From contig LFLB01000003.1 of assembly GCA_001543005.1 (NCBI GenBank), forward strand, positions 78,062-142,061: a DNA stretch of 64,000 bases, read 5' to 3'. How positions within the stretch are numbered: position 1 is the first letter of the stretch; every line of letters starts with the position of its first letter. Source of the DNA: Candidatus Spongiihabitans thiooxidans (GTDB lineage Bacteria; Pseudomonadota; Gammaproteobacteria; Arenicellales; Poriferihabitantaceae). Positions 42,594 to 52,475 of this stretch are shown piece by piece. The notes beneath the pieces were generated by a model. That model was not told the DNA's origin. It saw only the letters and a list, made by a program, of their open reading frames with translations, and searched no databases. A program made the position numbers and the translations under genes.

Positions 42594-45020
42594 ATGAATA
42601 TAGAAGAGAGAACCAACCATCTCGTAAGGAATATATTGCGTGATTTGGGGTATTACGACGAAATCTCTTTATTGAAGGATGGTGATGTCTGTGTGGAAGA
42701 AAAACAATCTACAAATGAATCAATTAGAAAATTACTGTCCACGGCAAGTAAGCACGGAACGGGCGAATACGGTTATCCTGAATTTATTATATCTCAAAAC
42801 AATAGCGATGTTGTGTTGGTAATAGAATGCAAAGCATCCACAAAACATCATGAGAGTGCATATAAAGATCAACCGGTAAAATATGCTGTAGACGGCGTAC
42901 TGCATTACGCAAGATTTCTTAAGAATAAGTATAATGTTATCGCCATAGCGGTCAGCGGTCAGAACAAGAAAAGTCTTAGAACATCCTCTTTTGTTTGGAA
43001 AAAAGATATTTCTGATTACTATCGTAAAGGATGGAAATTTATCACTTCATATGACGATTATTGCCGAGAGTTTCACAATAACTCGGATGTTTTAACTTTG
43101 AGCGACCTTAGAAAATACGCCCGAGATTTACACAACAGCATTAGAAATCACGCTAAACTAAAAGAAACACAAAAACCGCTTTTTGTCGGAGGGTTGTTAT
43201 TGGCGCTGGACAACAAAGATTTTTCAAATGCATATGAAAAAATTACCGGCCCTAAAAAACTTGCCAGAGATATTATCTCTGCCATTAAAGACAGTTTAAT
43301 GGAAAGCGGGATGGATGCCGATAAAGTAAATTTTGTTTCCAGGGAATTTGAGTTTATTGAAACACACACATACTTAATTAATGGGACAATCAATGTAAAT
43401 AATCCATCATACTACAACAATGTTTTACATAAAATATTATCCGACCTCCACAGTAAAATTTATCCTTCTATGAAGTCAGCTAGTATCTCCAATGTGGATT
43501 TCATGGGAGAATTTTATCAAGAGTTTATTCGCTATACAGGAGGGGATGGCAAGGGGCTTGGAATTGTTTTAACGCCACGACACATAACCGAACTATTTGT
43601 TGAGTTGGCGGATGTTCACAAAAACTCCAAAGTGCTCGATTTATGTGCTGGGACGAGTGGTTTTCTGGTTGCTGCAATGTCAAAAATGTTGCGAGGCGAT
43701 TTGACTGTAAAGGAAATAGAGCAAATAAAAAACAAAAACCTTTATGGAGTGGAATCTCAACCTGACATATTTGCATTAGCGTGCGTGAATATGTTTATTA
43801 GAGGAGATGGTAAAGCCAACCTAATAAAAGAAGATTCTCTTTCTGAAAGTAATAATCAAATTAAAGAGTTTTATGGGAAATGTCAGGTTGGATTAATGAA
43901 TCCACCATATTCACAAAAAGAACAGAAAGAGCTGGAATTTGTAGAACGTATGTTGGATATGCTGGCAATTGACGGGCGTGGTATTGTTATTATTCCTATA
44001 AGGAACACGAAATCCGATGATGAGATTCGCGAAAGAATACTGCAAAAACACACATTGGAATCAGTAATGATAATGCCATCTGATTTATTTGTAAAAGTTA
44101 ATACACATACATGCATAATGACTTTCATTGCGGGAAAACCACATCACGGAAAAACTTGGTTTTCTTTGTGGGACGAAGATGGGTTTACAAAATTTAAAAA
44201 TAATAGAATCGATAGATATGACAAATGGGCCGCCATAAAAAAATCGTGGTTAAAAGATTATCGATCAAAAATGGAGACTCCCACCAGTATATTAAAAGAA
44301 GTTAAGTATAGCGATGAGTGGTCGGCCTTGGCTTATTTGCCAACCGATTACTCCGAGTTGTCCATGCGAAATTTTAAGGAAACCATTAGAAATCATAAAT
44401 TATGTCAAATGCGGCAACAACACCTTGTGCCGGGCCGTTCTGTTACAGATCATGTGGAGGCTATTTTAGACAACAAGGAATCGCTGGAACTATTTTCCAT
44501 CAATGCGGATCAAGATACACAAAAAACATCAATGTCAGGATGGAAATTTTTTCTGTTATCAGACCTTTTTGATGTCACGGGATCAAAAACCACCCCTTTA
44601 GACGAGTTATTGGAAATGGAGAGCACTCATCCTGAAAACCGAAAATACCCATATATTACAACCAAGGCAAGTAACAATGGGGTGGACAATTACTTTCCGC
44701 ACTATACGCAAGAGGTCGGTGATGGAGTATTGACTATAGATAGCGCAACAATTGGCTATGTTTCTTACCAAACACAAAATTTTTCTGCCAGTGATCATGT
44801 GGAGATTTTGACTCCCAAGTTTAAAATGAATAAATATGTTGGATGTTTTTTTCAAACTATTCTCAATTTGGAGCAATTTCGATATGGATATGGAAGAAAA
44901 TTCAATCAAATAAGAATTAAAGAAACAAAGTTGTTTTTGCCTTATGCTAACGGTCAACCTGATTACAAAACCATGGAAACGACAATTCGCAGAATAAACA
45001 AAATGGAATGGTTCTGCTAA
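42594..45020 (+). CDS. BcgI-like restriction-modification protein: PD-(D/E)xK nuclease + N6-adenine MTase + fused C-terminal TRD
   Basis: GYPEFII...VIECKA nuclease motif, GIVLTPRH, LDLCAGTSGF (motif I), NPPY (motif IV); C-terminal WKFFLLSDLF...NNGV...RYGYGRK specificity-like domain. Confidence 0.85.
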   Translation: MNIEERTNHLVRNILRDLGYYDEISLLKDGDVCVEEKQSTNESIRKLLSTASKHGTGEYGYPEFIISQNNSDVVLVIECKASTKHHESAYKDQPVKYAVDGVLHYARFLKNKYNVIAIAVSGQNKKSLRTSSFVWKKDISDYYRKGWKFITSYDDYCREFHNNSDVLTLSDLRKYARDLHNSIRNHAKLKETQKPLFVGGLLLALDNKDFSNAYEKITGPKKLARDIISAIKDSLMESGMDADKVNFVSREFEFIETHTYLINGTINVNNPSYYNNVLHKILSDLHSKIYPSMKSASISNVDFMGEFYQEFIRYTGGDGKGLGIVLTPRHITELFVELADVHKNSKVLDLCAGTSGFLVAAMSKMLRGDLTVKEIEQIKNKNLYGVESQPDIFALACVNMFIRGDGKANLIKEDSLSESNNQIKEFYGKCQVGLMNPPYSQKEQKELEFVERMLDMLAIDGRGIVIIPIRNTKSDDEIRERILQKHTLESVMIMPSDLFVKVNTHTCIMTFIAGKPHHGKTWFSLWDEDGFTKFKNNRIDRYDKWAAIKKSWLKDYRSKMETPTSILKEVKYSDEWSALAYLPTDYSELSMRNFKETIRNHKLCQMRQQHLVPGRSVTDHVEAILDNKESLELFSINADQDTQKTSMSGWKFFLLSDLFDVTGSKTTPLDELLEMESTHPENRKYPYITTKASNNGVDNYFPHYTQEVGDGVLTIDSATIGYVSYQTQNFSASDHVEILTPKFKMNKYVGCFFQTILNLEQFRYGYGRKFNQIRIKETKLFLPYANGQPDYKTMETTIRRINKMEWFC

Positions 45021-45097
45021 AAAACACCAATAGTAAAGACAACGCTTTCCATAGGGCGGGAAATATCAAATATCGTGCTTGGTGAAAAGCTAACGTT

Positions 45098-45364
45098 ATG
45101 TCCAACCAACCTATTCACAAAACCAGCAACGTTCTCGCCTCCCTCGCCGTATTCGTCATCGTGGTGGGCGGCATGGAAATTGCCGCGCCGCTGTTGCTTG
45201 CATTGTTTATCGCGATTTGGACCGCTTCGCCCTACGCGTGGTTGCAGAACAAGGAGAAGGGAGTTTCGCGGCCGTTGGCGCTGCTCGGCGGACTGCTGGA
45301 CTGGCTGAACCAGGGGGCATCAGCGTCTCCAACAGCGAGGTGGCCGAGCGTAAATTTTGTGTGA
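45098..45364 (+). pseudogene. AI-2E/PerM family transporter N-terminal fragment
   Basis: LAVFVIVVGGM..AAPLLLALFIAI...P..WLQ..GV.R.LA, then truncated. Confidence 0.6.
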
Positions 45365-45496
45365 TCGATTATTTAAGCGGCCGTTAACCCCTTTCAACTA
45401 TGCTGTCTCAGGCGTGGTTTTTGTGTCTAGTTCTGCGCAGAAATCGCGCTTGCAATTCTTGCAATATGAAGAGCCAATAAATGAAAAAAGCATTTA

Positions 45497-46561
45497 ATGA
45501 ATTCCATACGCCACATTATCAAGCAAGCAAAAGCAAATCCGAAAAGGATTGTCTTGCCCGAGGCTGGCGACCTTAGGGTTATTGAAGCCGCTTCATTGAT
45601 ATCTCAGCAAGGGCTGGCGCAAGTCATTTTAATTGGAGAGCGTAATGACGTATCGCAATTGGCCCGCTCTCATCATATTGGCCATAACATCGACTTGTCC
45701 AATGTAGAGATCGAGAATTCCGAAAAAAAAGACGGGCAAAGCGATAACGCCGAAAAATATATTGATGCCCTTTTTCAAGCGCGGCAGCATAAAAAAGACC
45801 AGATTAAAAAAAGCGGGCATAAAAAACTTACGCTGGACCAAGCACGCGAACAGGTTGCCGACCCGCTAATTTTTGCCGCGCTCAAAGTGCTTAGTGGCGA
45901 TGCCGACGGGTTTGTCGCCGGCGCGGTGAACACAACCGCCGATGTGGTAAAAACAGCGTTACAACTGATTGGCATGAAACCGACCTGCAAATTGGCATCC
46001 AGCTTTTTTTTAATGCAGCATGACTTGGCACATCAGGCTATTCAAGGCACCGCCATTTACGCAGATTGCGCGTTAGTCATTGATCCCGATGCCGAGCAGT
46101 TGGCCGGCATTGCCATCGCCTCGGCGGATAGCGCAAAAAATCTGGCCGGGTTGGAACCAAAAGTTGCGCTGCTTTCTTTTTCAACGGCGGGCAGTGCAAA
46201 GCATCCGAATGTGGACAAGGTAATCGAAGCGGGAAGAATAATCAGCCAAAAAAGACCCGACATTACGCTGATGACAGAAGTGCAATTTGATTCGGCAATT
46301 GTTGCCAATATCCTGAGACAAAAAGCACCGAATATCTCCGTTGATGCGCCTGCAAATGTGTTTATTTTTCCCGAGTTACAGTCGGCCAATATCGGCTATA
46401 AAATAGCGCAGCGCATCGGTGGCGTAACCGCAGTGGGGCCGATACTTCAAGGGCTTAAACACCCGGTTAATGATCTTTCTCGCGGATGCAGCGTACAAGA
46501 TATTGTGCAATTGGTTGCGGTCACCTCGGTGCAAGCCGGCTCAAATGAAAATCGAATTTAA
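45497..46561 (+). CDS. pta: Phosphate acetyltransferase
   Basis: RIVLPE, SSFFLM, ADCA, ALLSFST, QFDSA, ANIGYK, GPILQG, NDLSRG. Confidence 0.95.
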   Translation: MNSIRHIIKQAKANPKRIVLPEAGDLRVIEAASLISQQGLAQVILIGERNDVSQLARSHHIGHNIDLSNVEIENSEKKDGQSDNAEKYIDALFQARQHKKDQIKKSGHKKLTLDQAREQVADPLIFAALKVLSGDADGFVAGAVNTTADVVKTALQLIGMKPTCKLASSFFLMQHDLAHQAIQGTAIYADCALVIDPDAEQLAGIAIASADSAKNLAGLEPKVALLSFSTAGSAKHPNVDKVIEAGRIISQKRPDITLMTEVQFDSAIVANILRQKAPNISVDAPANVFIFPELQSANIGYKIAQRIGGVTAVGPILQGLKHPVNDLSRGCSVQDIVQLVAVTSVQAGSNENRI

Positions 46562-47582
46562 GATCCTGCATCTTAACAAGCGCTTCCCCCTAGCAATCAG
46601 TCGCGGGGTAAGCGTCGGCTCTGACAATCTTTTTGTTTCTGTCGCGCATCAGGGCATTACCGGTTGGGGTGAATTATCCCCCGGGAAAAGCGAAGGCGCC
46701 GCCACCGCAGAGCAGGTGCAAAATATGTTGACCGGGTTTTTCGACCAGGATTTCAGCGGATTATCCATTCATCAAATCCACCAACGCGGTCGCGAGCAAA
46801 ACATCGCCGCCTGCGCGTTAGCTGGACTGGATATCGCGCTTTGGGACTGGCTCGGCAAAAAAGCTAATCTACCCTTGTATCGACTGCTCGGCATCAGCAA
46901 ACCCAGCGTACCGACATCGGTAACGATTGGCATAAATCCCCCTGAGGTAGTCAAACAGCGTGTTCCCCTGTTACTCCAAGGCACCGGGATTAAATCATTA
47001 AAAATCAAACTCGGTTCTCCTGAAGGTATTGAAGCAGACCAGGCTATGTTTATGCAGGTCGTAGAAAGTACAAAACCCTATGATGTTAACGTGCGTGTCG
47101 ATGCCAATGGTGGCTGGAGCGTCGAAGACGCTATCTTTATGATGAAATGGCTGGCCGAGCGCAATACCGATTACATCGAGCAACCGTTAGCCGAGGGCCA
47201 GGAAAGCGAACTTCCCGCCATTTTTAAAAATCGGCCGTTACCCATTTATCTGGATGAGTCCTGTCGCTACTCTAAAGATATTATCAAATGGGCCAACACC
47301 GTGGACGGCGTTAATCTGAAATTGATGAAGTGCGGCGGCGTCACTGAAGCGCTACGCATTATTGCGGTCGCGCGCGCGTTTAACTTAAAAACCATGATTG
47401 GTTGCATGAGCGAATCATCGATGTCTATTTCCGCTGGTGCATCGATTACAGGATTGCTGGATCATATCGACCTGGACTCCCATCTCAATCTTGCGCCTGA
47501 CCCCTGCTCCGGCGCCGCGTTAATTGACGGCGTTGTTGTCCCTAATGACTTGCCCGGGCATGGCGCCAGTATCAATCCCTAA
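46545..47582 (+). CDS. Enolase-superfamily dipeptide epimerase / N-acetyl-D-Glu racemase (DgcA-like)
   Basis: AISRG, KIKLG, VDANGGW, IEQP, DES, NLKLMKCGG, DLD; overlaps the pta stop. Confidence 0.85.
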   Translation: MKIEFKILHLNKRFPLAISRGVSVGSDNLFVSVAHQGITGWGELSPGKSEGAATAEQVQNMLTGFFDQDFSGLSIHQIHQRGREQNIAACALAGLDIALWDWLGKKANLPLYRLLGISKPSVPTSVTIGINPPEVVKQRVPLLLQGTGIKSLKIKLGSPEGIEADQAMFMQVVESTKPYDVNVRVDANGGWSVEDAIFMMKWLAERNTDYIEQPLAEGQESELPAIFKNRPLPIYLDESCRYSKDIIKWANTVDGVNLKLMKCGGVTEALRIIAVARAFNLKTMIGCMSESSMSISAGASITGLLDHIDLDSHLNLAPDPCSGAALIDGVVVPNDLPGHGASINP

Positions 47583-47613
47583 CAACGACATCTCTAAAAA
47601 TACTGATCTAAAA

Positions 47614-48675
47614 ATGCTGGAGGAAAATCAAAAAATCGCAATTTACATGGAGGGAAATCTGGACAGCGACTATGGAAAAATGGGGGTTGGTGTTATGCGC
47701 TATATGGAAAATCCGATTGTCTGCGTAATCGACTCAACCCATGCAGGCAAAACAGTCAATAAAGTTTTCGAGCAAGTTTGCGAGTTGCCGTTCGACTACC
47801 TGATTGTGAGTTCTATTGATCGGGCGGCGGAATTGGGGGCTGAAGTATTGATACTGGGTACCGCACCATCTGGTGGGCGGATACCGCAAGAGTGGGACGC
47901 GCCATTACATCGTGCAATACAACTGAACATGTCCATCGTCAATGGGCTACATGACAAATTAACCGACAAATTCAGTCACTTATTAACCGGGAATCAATGG
48001 ATTTGGGACGTTCGACAACCGACATTCACGCCCAAAATCGGCACCGGCCAGGCTGCCAGCTTGAATAATAAGCGCGTATTGCTGGTGGGAACCGACATGG
48101 CCATTGGCAAGATGACCGCAGGTCTGGAACTGTATCGCTGGGTACGCGAAGTTGGAAAAAGCCAGGGCATTAGTACCGAATTCGTCGCTACCGGCCAGAT
48201 CGGCATAACCATTACCGGCAAAGGAATTCCATTGGATGCTTTTAAGGTCGATCATGCCTGTGGCGCCGTGGAAACCCTGGTTATGGGTACCGCCGATAGC
48301 GATATTGTTTTTATTGAAGGCCAGGGATCGTTGTTACATCCAGGCAGTAGCGCAACTTTGTCATTGATGCGCGGCAGTTGCCCGACCCACCTGATTATGT
48401 GTCACCGGGCTGGCATGAAAATGCTGAGAAGCCCGGAAAATGTAAAAATTCCACCGCTAAAGGAATTCATCGAATTGAATGAGGCATTGGTGAGCGTGTG
48501 TGGTTCCTTATCCAAAGCAACCACCATTGGCATCGCATTGAATACGTCATTGGTATCGGAATCTGAAGCAAAATCCGCAATCGCGTCCCTGCAAGATCAA
48601 ACCGCATTACCGGTCACCGATGTTGTTCGTTTTGGCGCAGAAAAATTGGGTAGAGCGTTATTGGACATGACATAA
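47614..48675 (+). CDS. DUF1611 protein (DgcN-like D-glutamate N-acetyltransferase)
   Basis: NGLH, VGTDMAIGKMT, ATGQIG, EGQGSL.HP; paired with the epimerase. Confidence 0.85.
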   Translation: MLEENQKIAIYMEGNLDSDYGKMGVGVMRYMENPIVCVIDSTHAGKTVNKVFEQVCELPFDYLIVSSIDRAAELGAEVLILGTAPSGGRIPQEWDAPLHRAIQLNMSIVNGLHDKLTDKFSHLLTGNQWIWDVRQPTFTPKIGTGQAASLNNKRVLLVGTDMAIGKMTAGLELYRWVREVGKSQGISTEFVATGQIGITITGKGIPLDAFKVDHACGAVETLVMGTADSDIVFIEGQGSLLHPGSSATLSLMRGSCPTHLIMCHRAGMKMLRSPENVKIPPLKEFIELNEALVSVCGSLSKATTIGIALNTSLVSESEAKSAIASLQDQTALPVTDVVRFGAEKLGRALLDMT

Positions 48676-48732
48676 CTTTGGGGGCATCAACCAAAAGGCC
48701 CAGCCAAAAATTACTGACCGGCCGCTACTGTC

Positions 48733-50916
48733 TCAGTGCTTTTGTCTCAGTGCTTTTGCCTGTTTACGACGCGCATGCAAGATCCGCTCTGTATAACCAT
48801 TCGCCATTTCCCGGCCCTTGAACACCAGTTCCAGGGCTGTCTGGAAGGCGATGCTGGCATCGAAGTCATCTGCCATCGCCTGATACATCGGGTCGGACGA
48901 GTTTTGCCGATCGACGACGCCGGCCATCTTTTCAAACACCTTTTTCACTTGTTTTTCTGTGGTTAAGCCGTGATGCAGCCAATTAGCAATGTGCTGACTT
49001 GATATTCTGAGCGTGGCTCTGTCCTCCATAAGCGCAACATCGTTTATATCGGCAACCTTGGAACAACCGATACCCTGATCAATCCATTTCACCACATAAC
49101 CCAGGATTCCCTGAGCGTTGTTTTCCAACTCCTTTACCAACTCGCCGTGACGGAGGTCGCCAATATCACCGGGGCTGAGAACCGGAATGGTCAGAATATC
49201 ATCGATACTTGCCCGCATACATGTTTTAAGCTCGTGCTGGCGAGTGGCGACGCTAACCTGATGGTAATGAATCGCATGTAATGTTGCGGCCGTAGGAGAT
49301 GGCACCCAGGCGGTATTTGCGCCGGCGCGAGGATGGGCGATTTTTTGCTCCATCATGGCCATCATGTTATCCGGCGCCGCCCACATGCCTTTGCCGATCT
49401 GCCCATGGCCCAGCATTCCGGCTTCCAATCCCAGGTCCACATTTCGGTCTTCGTAAGCCAGCAACCATGGTGACAATTTCATATCATTTTTTGAAATGAC
49501 CGGGCCTGCTTCCATACAGCTGTGAATTTCATCACCGGTTCGGTCGAGAAAGCCGGTGTTAATAAATACCACACGTGCGCTTGCGGCGCGAATGCATTCT
49601 TTTAAATTGATTGTAGTTCTGCGTTCCTCATCCATAATGCCGATCTTTATGGTGTTTCTCCCAAGACCAAGGGCATCCTCTACCAACGCGAATAATTCCA
49701 TCGCAGCTGCGGTTTCGTCTGCCCCGTGCATCTTTGGTTTGACCACATAAACACTGCCGGCTCGACTATTGCAGTATTTACCTTGGCCGCGCAAATCCAG
49801 CATAGCGGCGGCCACAGTGACCATCGCATCCAAAAATGTTTCGGGGATTTCCTCGCCATTACAGGTAACCGCATCGCTATACATATGGGTGCCGACATGG
49901 CGCACAAACATCATGCTGCGCCCATGCAATTTAAAGGGTTTCCCGTCCGGCGCCAGGTATTCCTTATCAGGCTCTAATTCCCGCTGTAAAGTTTTTCCCG
50001 CTTTTCGGACTTTAGTTTTAAGATTGCCACGCATGAGTCCAGCCCAATTTCGATAGACCCGGACTTTATCCGCGGCATCCACTGCGGCAACGGAATCTTC
50101 GCAATCCATGATAGTGGTCAGCGCTGATTCAATTTTTACATCGTAAATACTGGCAAGGTCGCCCCGGCCAATAAACAAACCTTCCCCAATACAAATATCG
50201 ATATGCAGGTTGTTATGTTTTAACAAAATGTTGGACGGCGATTGCGGGGCGCCCCGATACCCTGCAAAACACTCTCGCCACCCCAACCCTGTTTCGCTGC
50301 CATCCCCCATAACCACAACCAGGTTTCCCGACTTAACTTGATATTTTATCGCATAAGCGTGGCTGCCGATGGCCAAAGGCACCGCCTGATCCAGAAACTC
50401 CCGAACATATCGAATGACCTGGGCGCCACGAACCGGGTTGTACTTTGCCGTTTTCTTACAGCCTTCCACTTCCAAAATAATATCTGTGCCATACAACGCA
50501 TCATACAAACTATTCCATCTCGCATTTGCCGCATTCAGTGCATATCTTGCGTTGTCAACCGGCACCACCAACTGCGGCGCGGCAATAGCGGCTATCTCTT
50601 CATCCACATTTTCAGTGGTAATTTCAAATGACTCCCTTTCCGGCAACAAGTAACCGATATTTTTAAGAAAAGTCTTGTACGTCTCGACATCCACAGGCGG
50701 CTTGTTGCTTTTGTGCCACGCATCCAATTTTTGCTGCAGTTCATCGCGTCTTTCCAACAGCGTTTTGTTCTTGCCGCCGAGCTGTTTTACGATATTTTCA
50801 AGCCCACTCCAAAACTGAGCAACACTAACTCCGGTGCCCGGCAAGATTTCGGTTTCAATCAATTCATAAAGTGACTGGTCGACACTCAGGTCATTGATAT
50901 CAATTCGGTTTGTCAT
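48733..50916 (-). CDS. glcB: Malate synthase G
   Basis: NARYALNAANARW, IMDCEDS, KPKMHG, MDEERRT, FINTGFLDRTGDEIH, WVPSPTAATLH, LMEDRATLRISSQ. Confidence 0.97.
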   Translation of the reverse strand: MTNRIDINDLSVDQSLYELIETEILPGTGVSVAQFWSGLENIVKQLGGKNKTLLERRDELQQKLDAWHKSNKPPVDVETYKTFLKNIGYLLPERESFEITTENVDEEIAAIAAPQLVVPVDNARYALNAANARWNSLYDALYGTDIILEVEGCKKTAKYNPVRGAQVIRYVREFLDQAVPLAIGSHAYAIKYQVKSGNLVVVMGDGSETGLGWRECFAGYRGAPQSPSNILLKHNNLHIDICIGEGLFIGRGDLASIYDVKIESALTTIMDCEDSVAAVDAADKVRVYRNWAGLMRGNLKTKVRKAGKTLQRELEPDKEYLAPDGKPFKLHGRSMMFVRHVGTHMYSDAVTCNGEEIPETFLDAMVTVAAAMLDLRGQGKYCNSRAGSVYVVKPKMHGADETAAAMELFALVEDALGLGRNTIKIGIMDEERRTTINLKECIRAASARVVFINTGFLDRTGDEIHSCMEAGPVISKNDMKLSPWLLAYEDRNVDLGLEAGMLGHGQIGKGMWAAPDNMMAMMEQKIAHPRAGANTAWVPSPTAATLHAIHYHQVSVATRQHELKTCMRASIDDILTIPVLSPGDIGDLRHGELVKELENNAQGILGYVVKWIDQGIGCSKVADINDVALMEDRATLRISSQHIANWLHHGLTTEKQVKKVFEKMAGVVDRQNSSDPMYQAMADDFDASIAFQTALELVFKGREMANGYTERILHARRKQAKALRQKH

Positions 50917-50917
50917 T

Positions 50918-50951
50918 ATTAGTATTCGATTAGAATTAGTATTCGATTAGA
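50918..50951. repeat. Perfect 2 x 17-bp tandem repeat immediately upstream of glcB
   Basis: attagtattcgattaga occurs twice. Confidence 0.9.
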
Positions 50952-51220
50952 TTATTGCAACGACTAGGGAACATTCCGCGCAAAATACGGAGCCCTAAAA
51001 TCTCTTTGCTGGTCAAGTGTCAATAATTTTGCTATAGACCGTTTTTAGTATCTGGATTTTAGTTTCAGGTTACAGGTTGTTCGACCACCACATAATATAA
51101 TATTTTTAAGGTTGTTCGCTCAAAGACTCACGTATCTTTTTACCAAGCGAAATACTGTCATGTTTTTTGTGATTTTTAAGTGGATGTTGATGTATTTCAT
51201 CTACATTCTCTTTATGTAGT

Positions 51221-52363
51221 CTAAATAACTGGTATCTGAATCATTTTCATTTTTAGTTGTTCGGAAAAACCAATAATAGATTGTGTCAACATTGTTTTAT
51301 AAGCATAATCCTCAATAATGTTTTTTAGTTTGGTATATTGCCCCGCGCAAAACCACGCGGCTGCAATAGGCATAGCAACGATGGAATATCTTGCTAACAC
51401 GGTAGTGAAACTAAATATAGGATCTTTCAAAATAAACCACACACCTAAACCAGTGGCACATGCAATGAAAGCAACAGCACCGGCCAACCAAAACCAAACT
51501 TTTCCTTGTTTTGCTTCGTCTAATTGAGTTTTAAAAGCCGCACTAATGCCCTCGGCTTTTTTGTAGCCCAATGCTGTGGTTGCCTGTTCAATAAGATTTT
51601 TTGCTTGCATTAATGATTCTTTTTGTTGTTGTGAGAAATCTTCTAATTGACTTTTATAAGAATTAGTTCTTACTTTTTGATCTTCTAATTGTTTCTCTCT
51701 TTCGCTAATCTTTTTCACAAAATTGTCAATCACTGCATTCGAACTATCAGCTTGAGTTTTAATCTTTGTTATACTATTGGTATAATTGGTGGCAGTATTA
51801 ATACTGTCATGCAATTCTGATAATTTCGTTTGACTATCATTAAGATTATTAATTAGCTTTTCTTTCTGTTGTTGTAGATTTTCTAATATTTCATTAAACC
51901 CTTCTTTTTTTACGGCTACATCATTTAGATCTTCTTTTAAGCCAGCAAGATTTATTGAAAAACTGAGTTTGTTTTTGGTTAATTCAGATAATTCTTCGTC
52001 AAAATCAATTAACCTCTCCTGTGTGTAACGAATATGAAAAGGCCGAAGATCTTGTTTTAACTGATTTAGAGCGTCGTATAAATTGTTCGGATCTTGTAAA
52101 TTACTAAGCGCATTATCTAAAATATTTTTTATAATGACTCTTTCTTCATAAGTGGATAGTTTCAAAAACTGGTTAGGTGTTTTTGTTAATGATGTCAAGT
52201 CCGTTAACAAGCCATCAAAACCACCCAATAGCCCTTTGTAAGTATATTCATCTTCAACGCCGAATGACTGGTCATCATAAGTTGACGTGGAAATTTCTGG
52301 TATTTTCTGTTTTATTTGATTTTTTAAATCCTTAATTTGTTGAATTGTTTCTATTTCCACCAT
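51221..52363 (-). CDS. Coiled-coil protein with two C-terminal transmembrane segments (3' end probably frameshifted)
   Basis: Long Q/K/E/N heptad-like region, two hydrophobic helices, then EDYAYK; plausible coding continues in shifted frames. Confidence 0.7.
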   Translation of the reverse strand: MVEIETIQQIKDLKNQIKQKIPEISTSTYDDQSFGVEDEYTYKGLLGGFDGLLTDLTSLTKTPNQFLKLSTYEERVIIKNILDNALSNLQDPNNLYDALNQLKQDLRPFHIRYTQERLIDFDEELSELTKNKLSFSINLAGLKEDLNDVAVKKEGFNEILENLQQQKEKLINNLNDSQTKLSELHDSINTATNYTNSITKIKTQADSSNAVIDNFVKKISEREKQLEDQKVRTNSYKSQLEDFSQQQKESLMQAKNLIEQATTALGYKKAEGISAAFKTQLDEAKQGKVWFWLAGAVAFIACATGLGVWFILKDPIFSFTTVLARYSIVAMPIAAAWFCAGQYTKLKNIIEDYAYKTMLTQSIIGFSEQLKMKMIQIPVI

Positions 52364-52475
52364 AATTTTATCCTGTCAAATAATTCTAATTTTAAAGTTT
52401 TTACCAAAATTCACTCTTTGGGTATAGGTGAAGAATTTGTTAAAATAAATGGCAATATAACTGTTCATTATTTTT

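Noticed and set aside
36993-45020. Integron cassette array for the orphan genes
   Set aside because: No integron integrase and no convincing repeated attC structures were seen.
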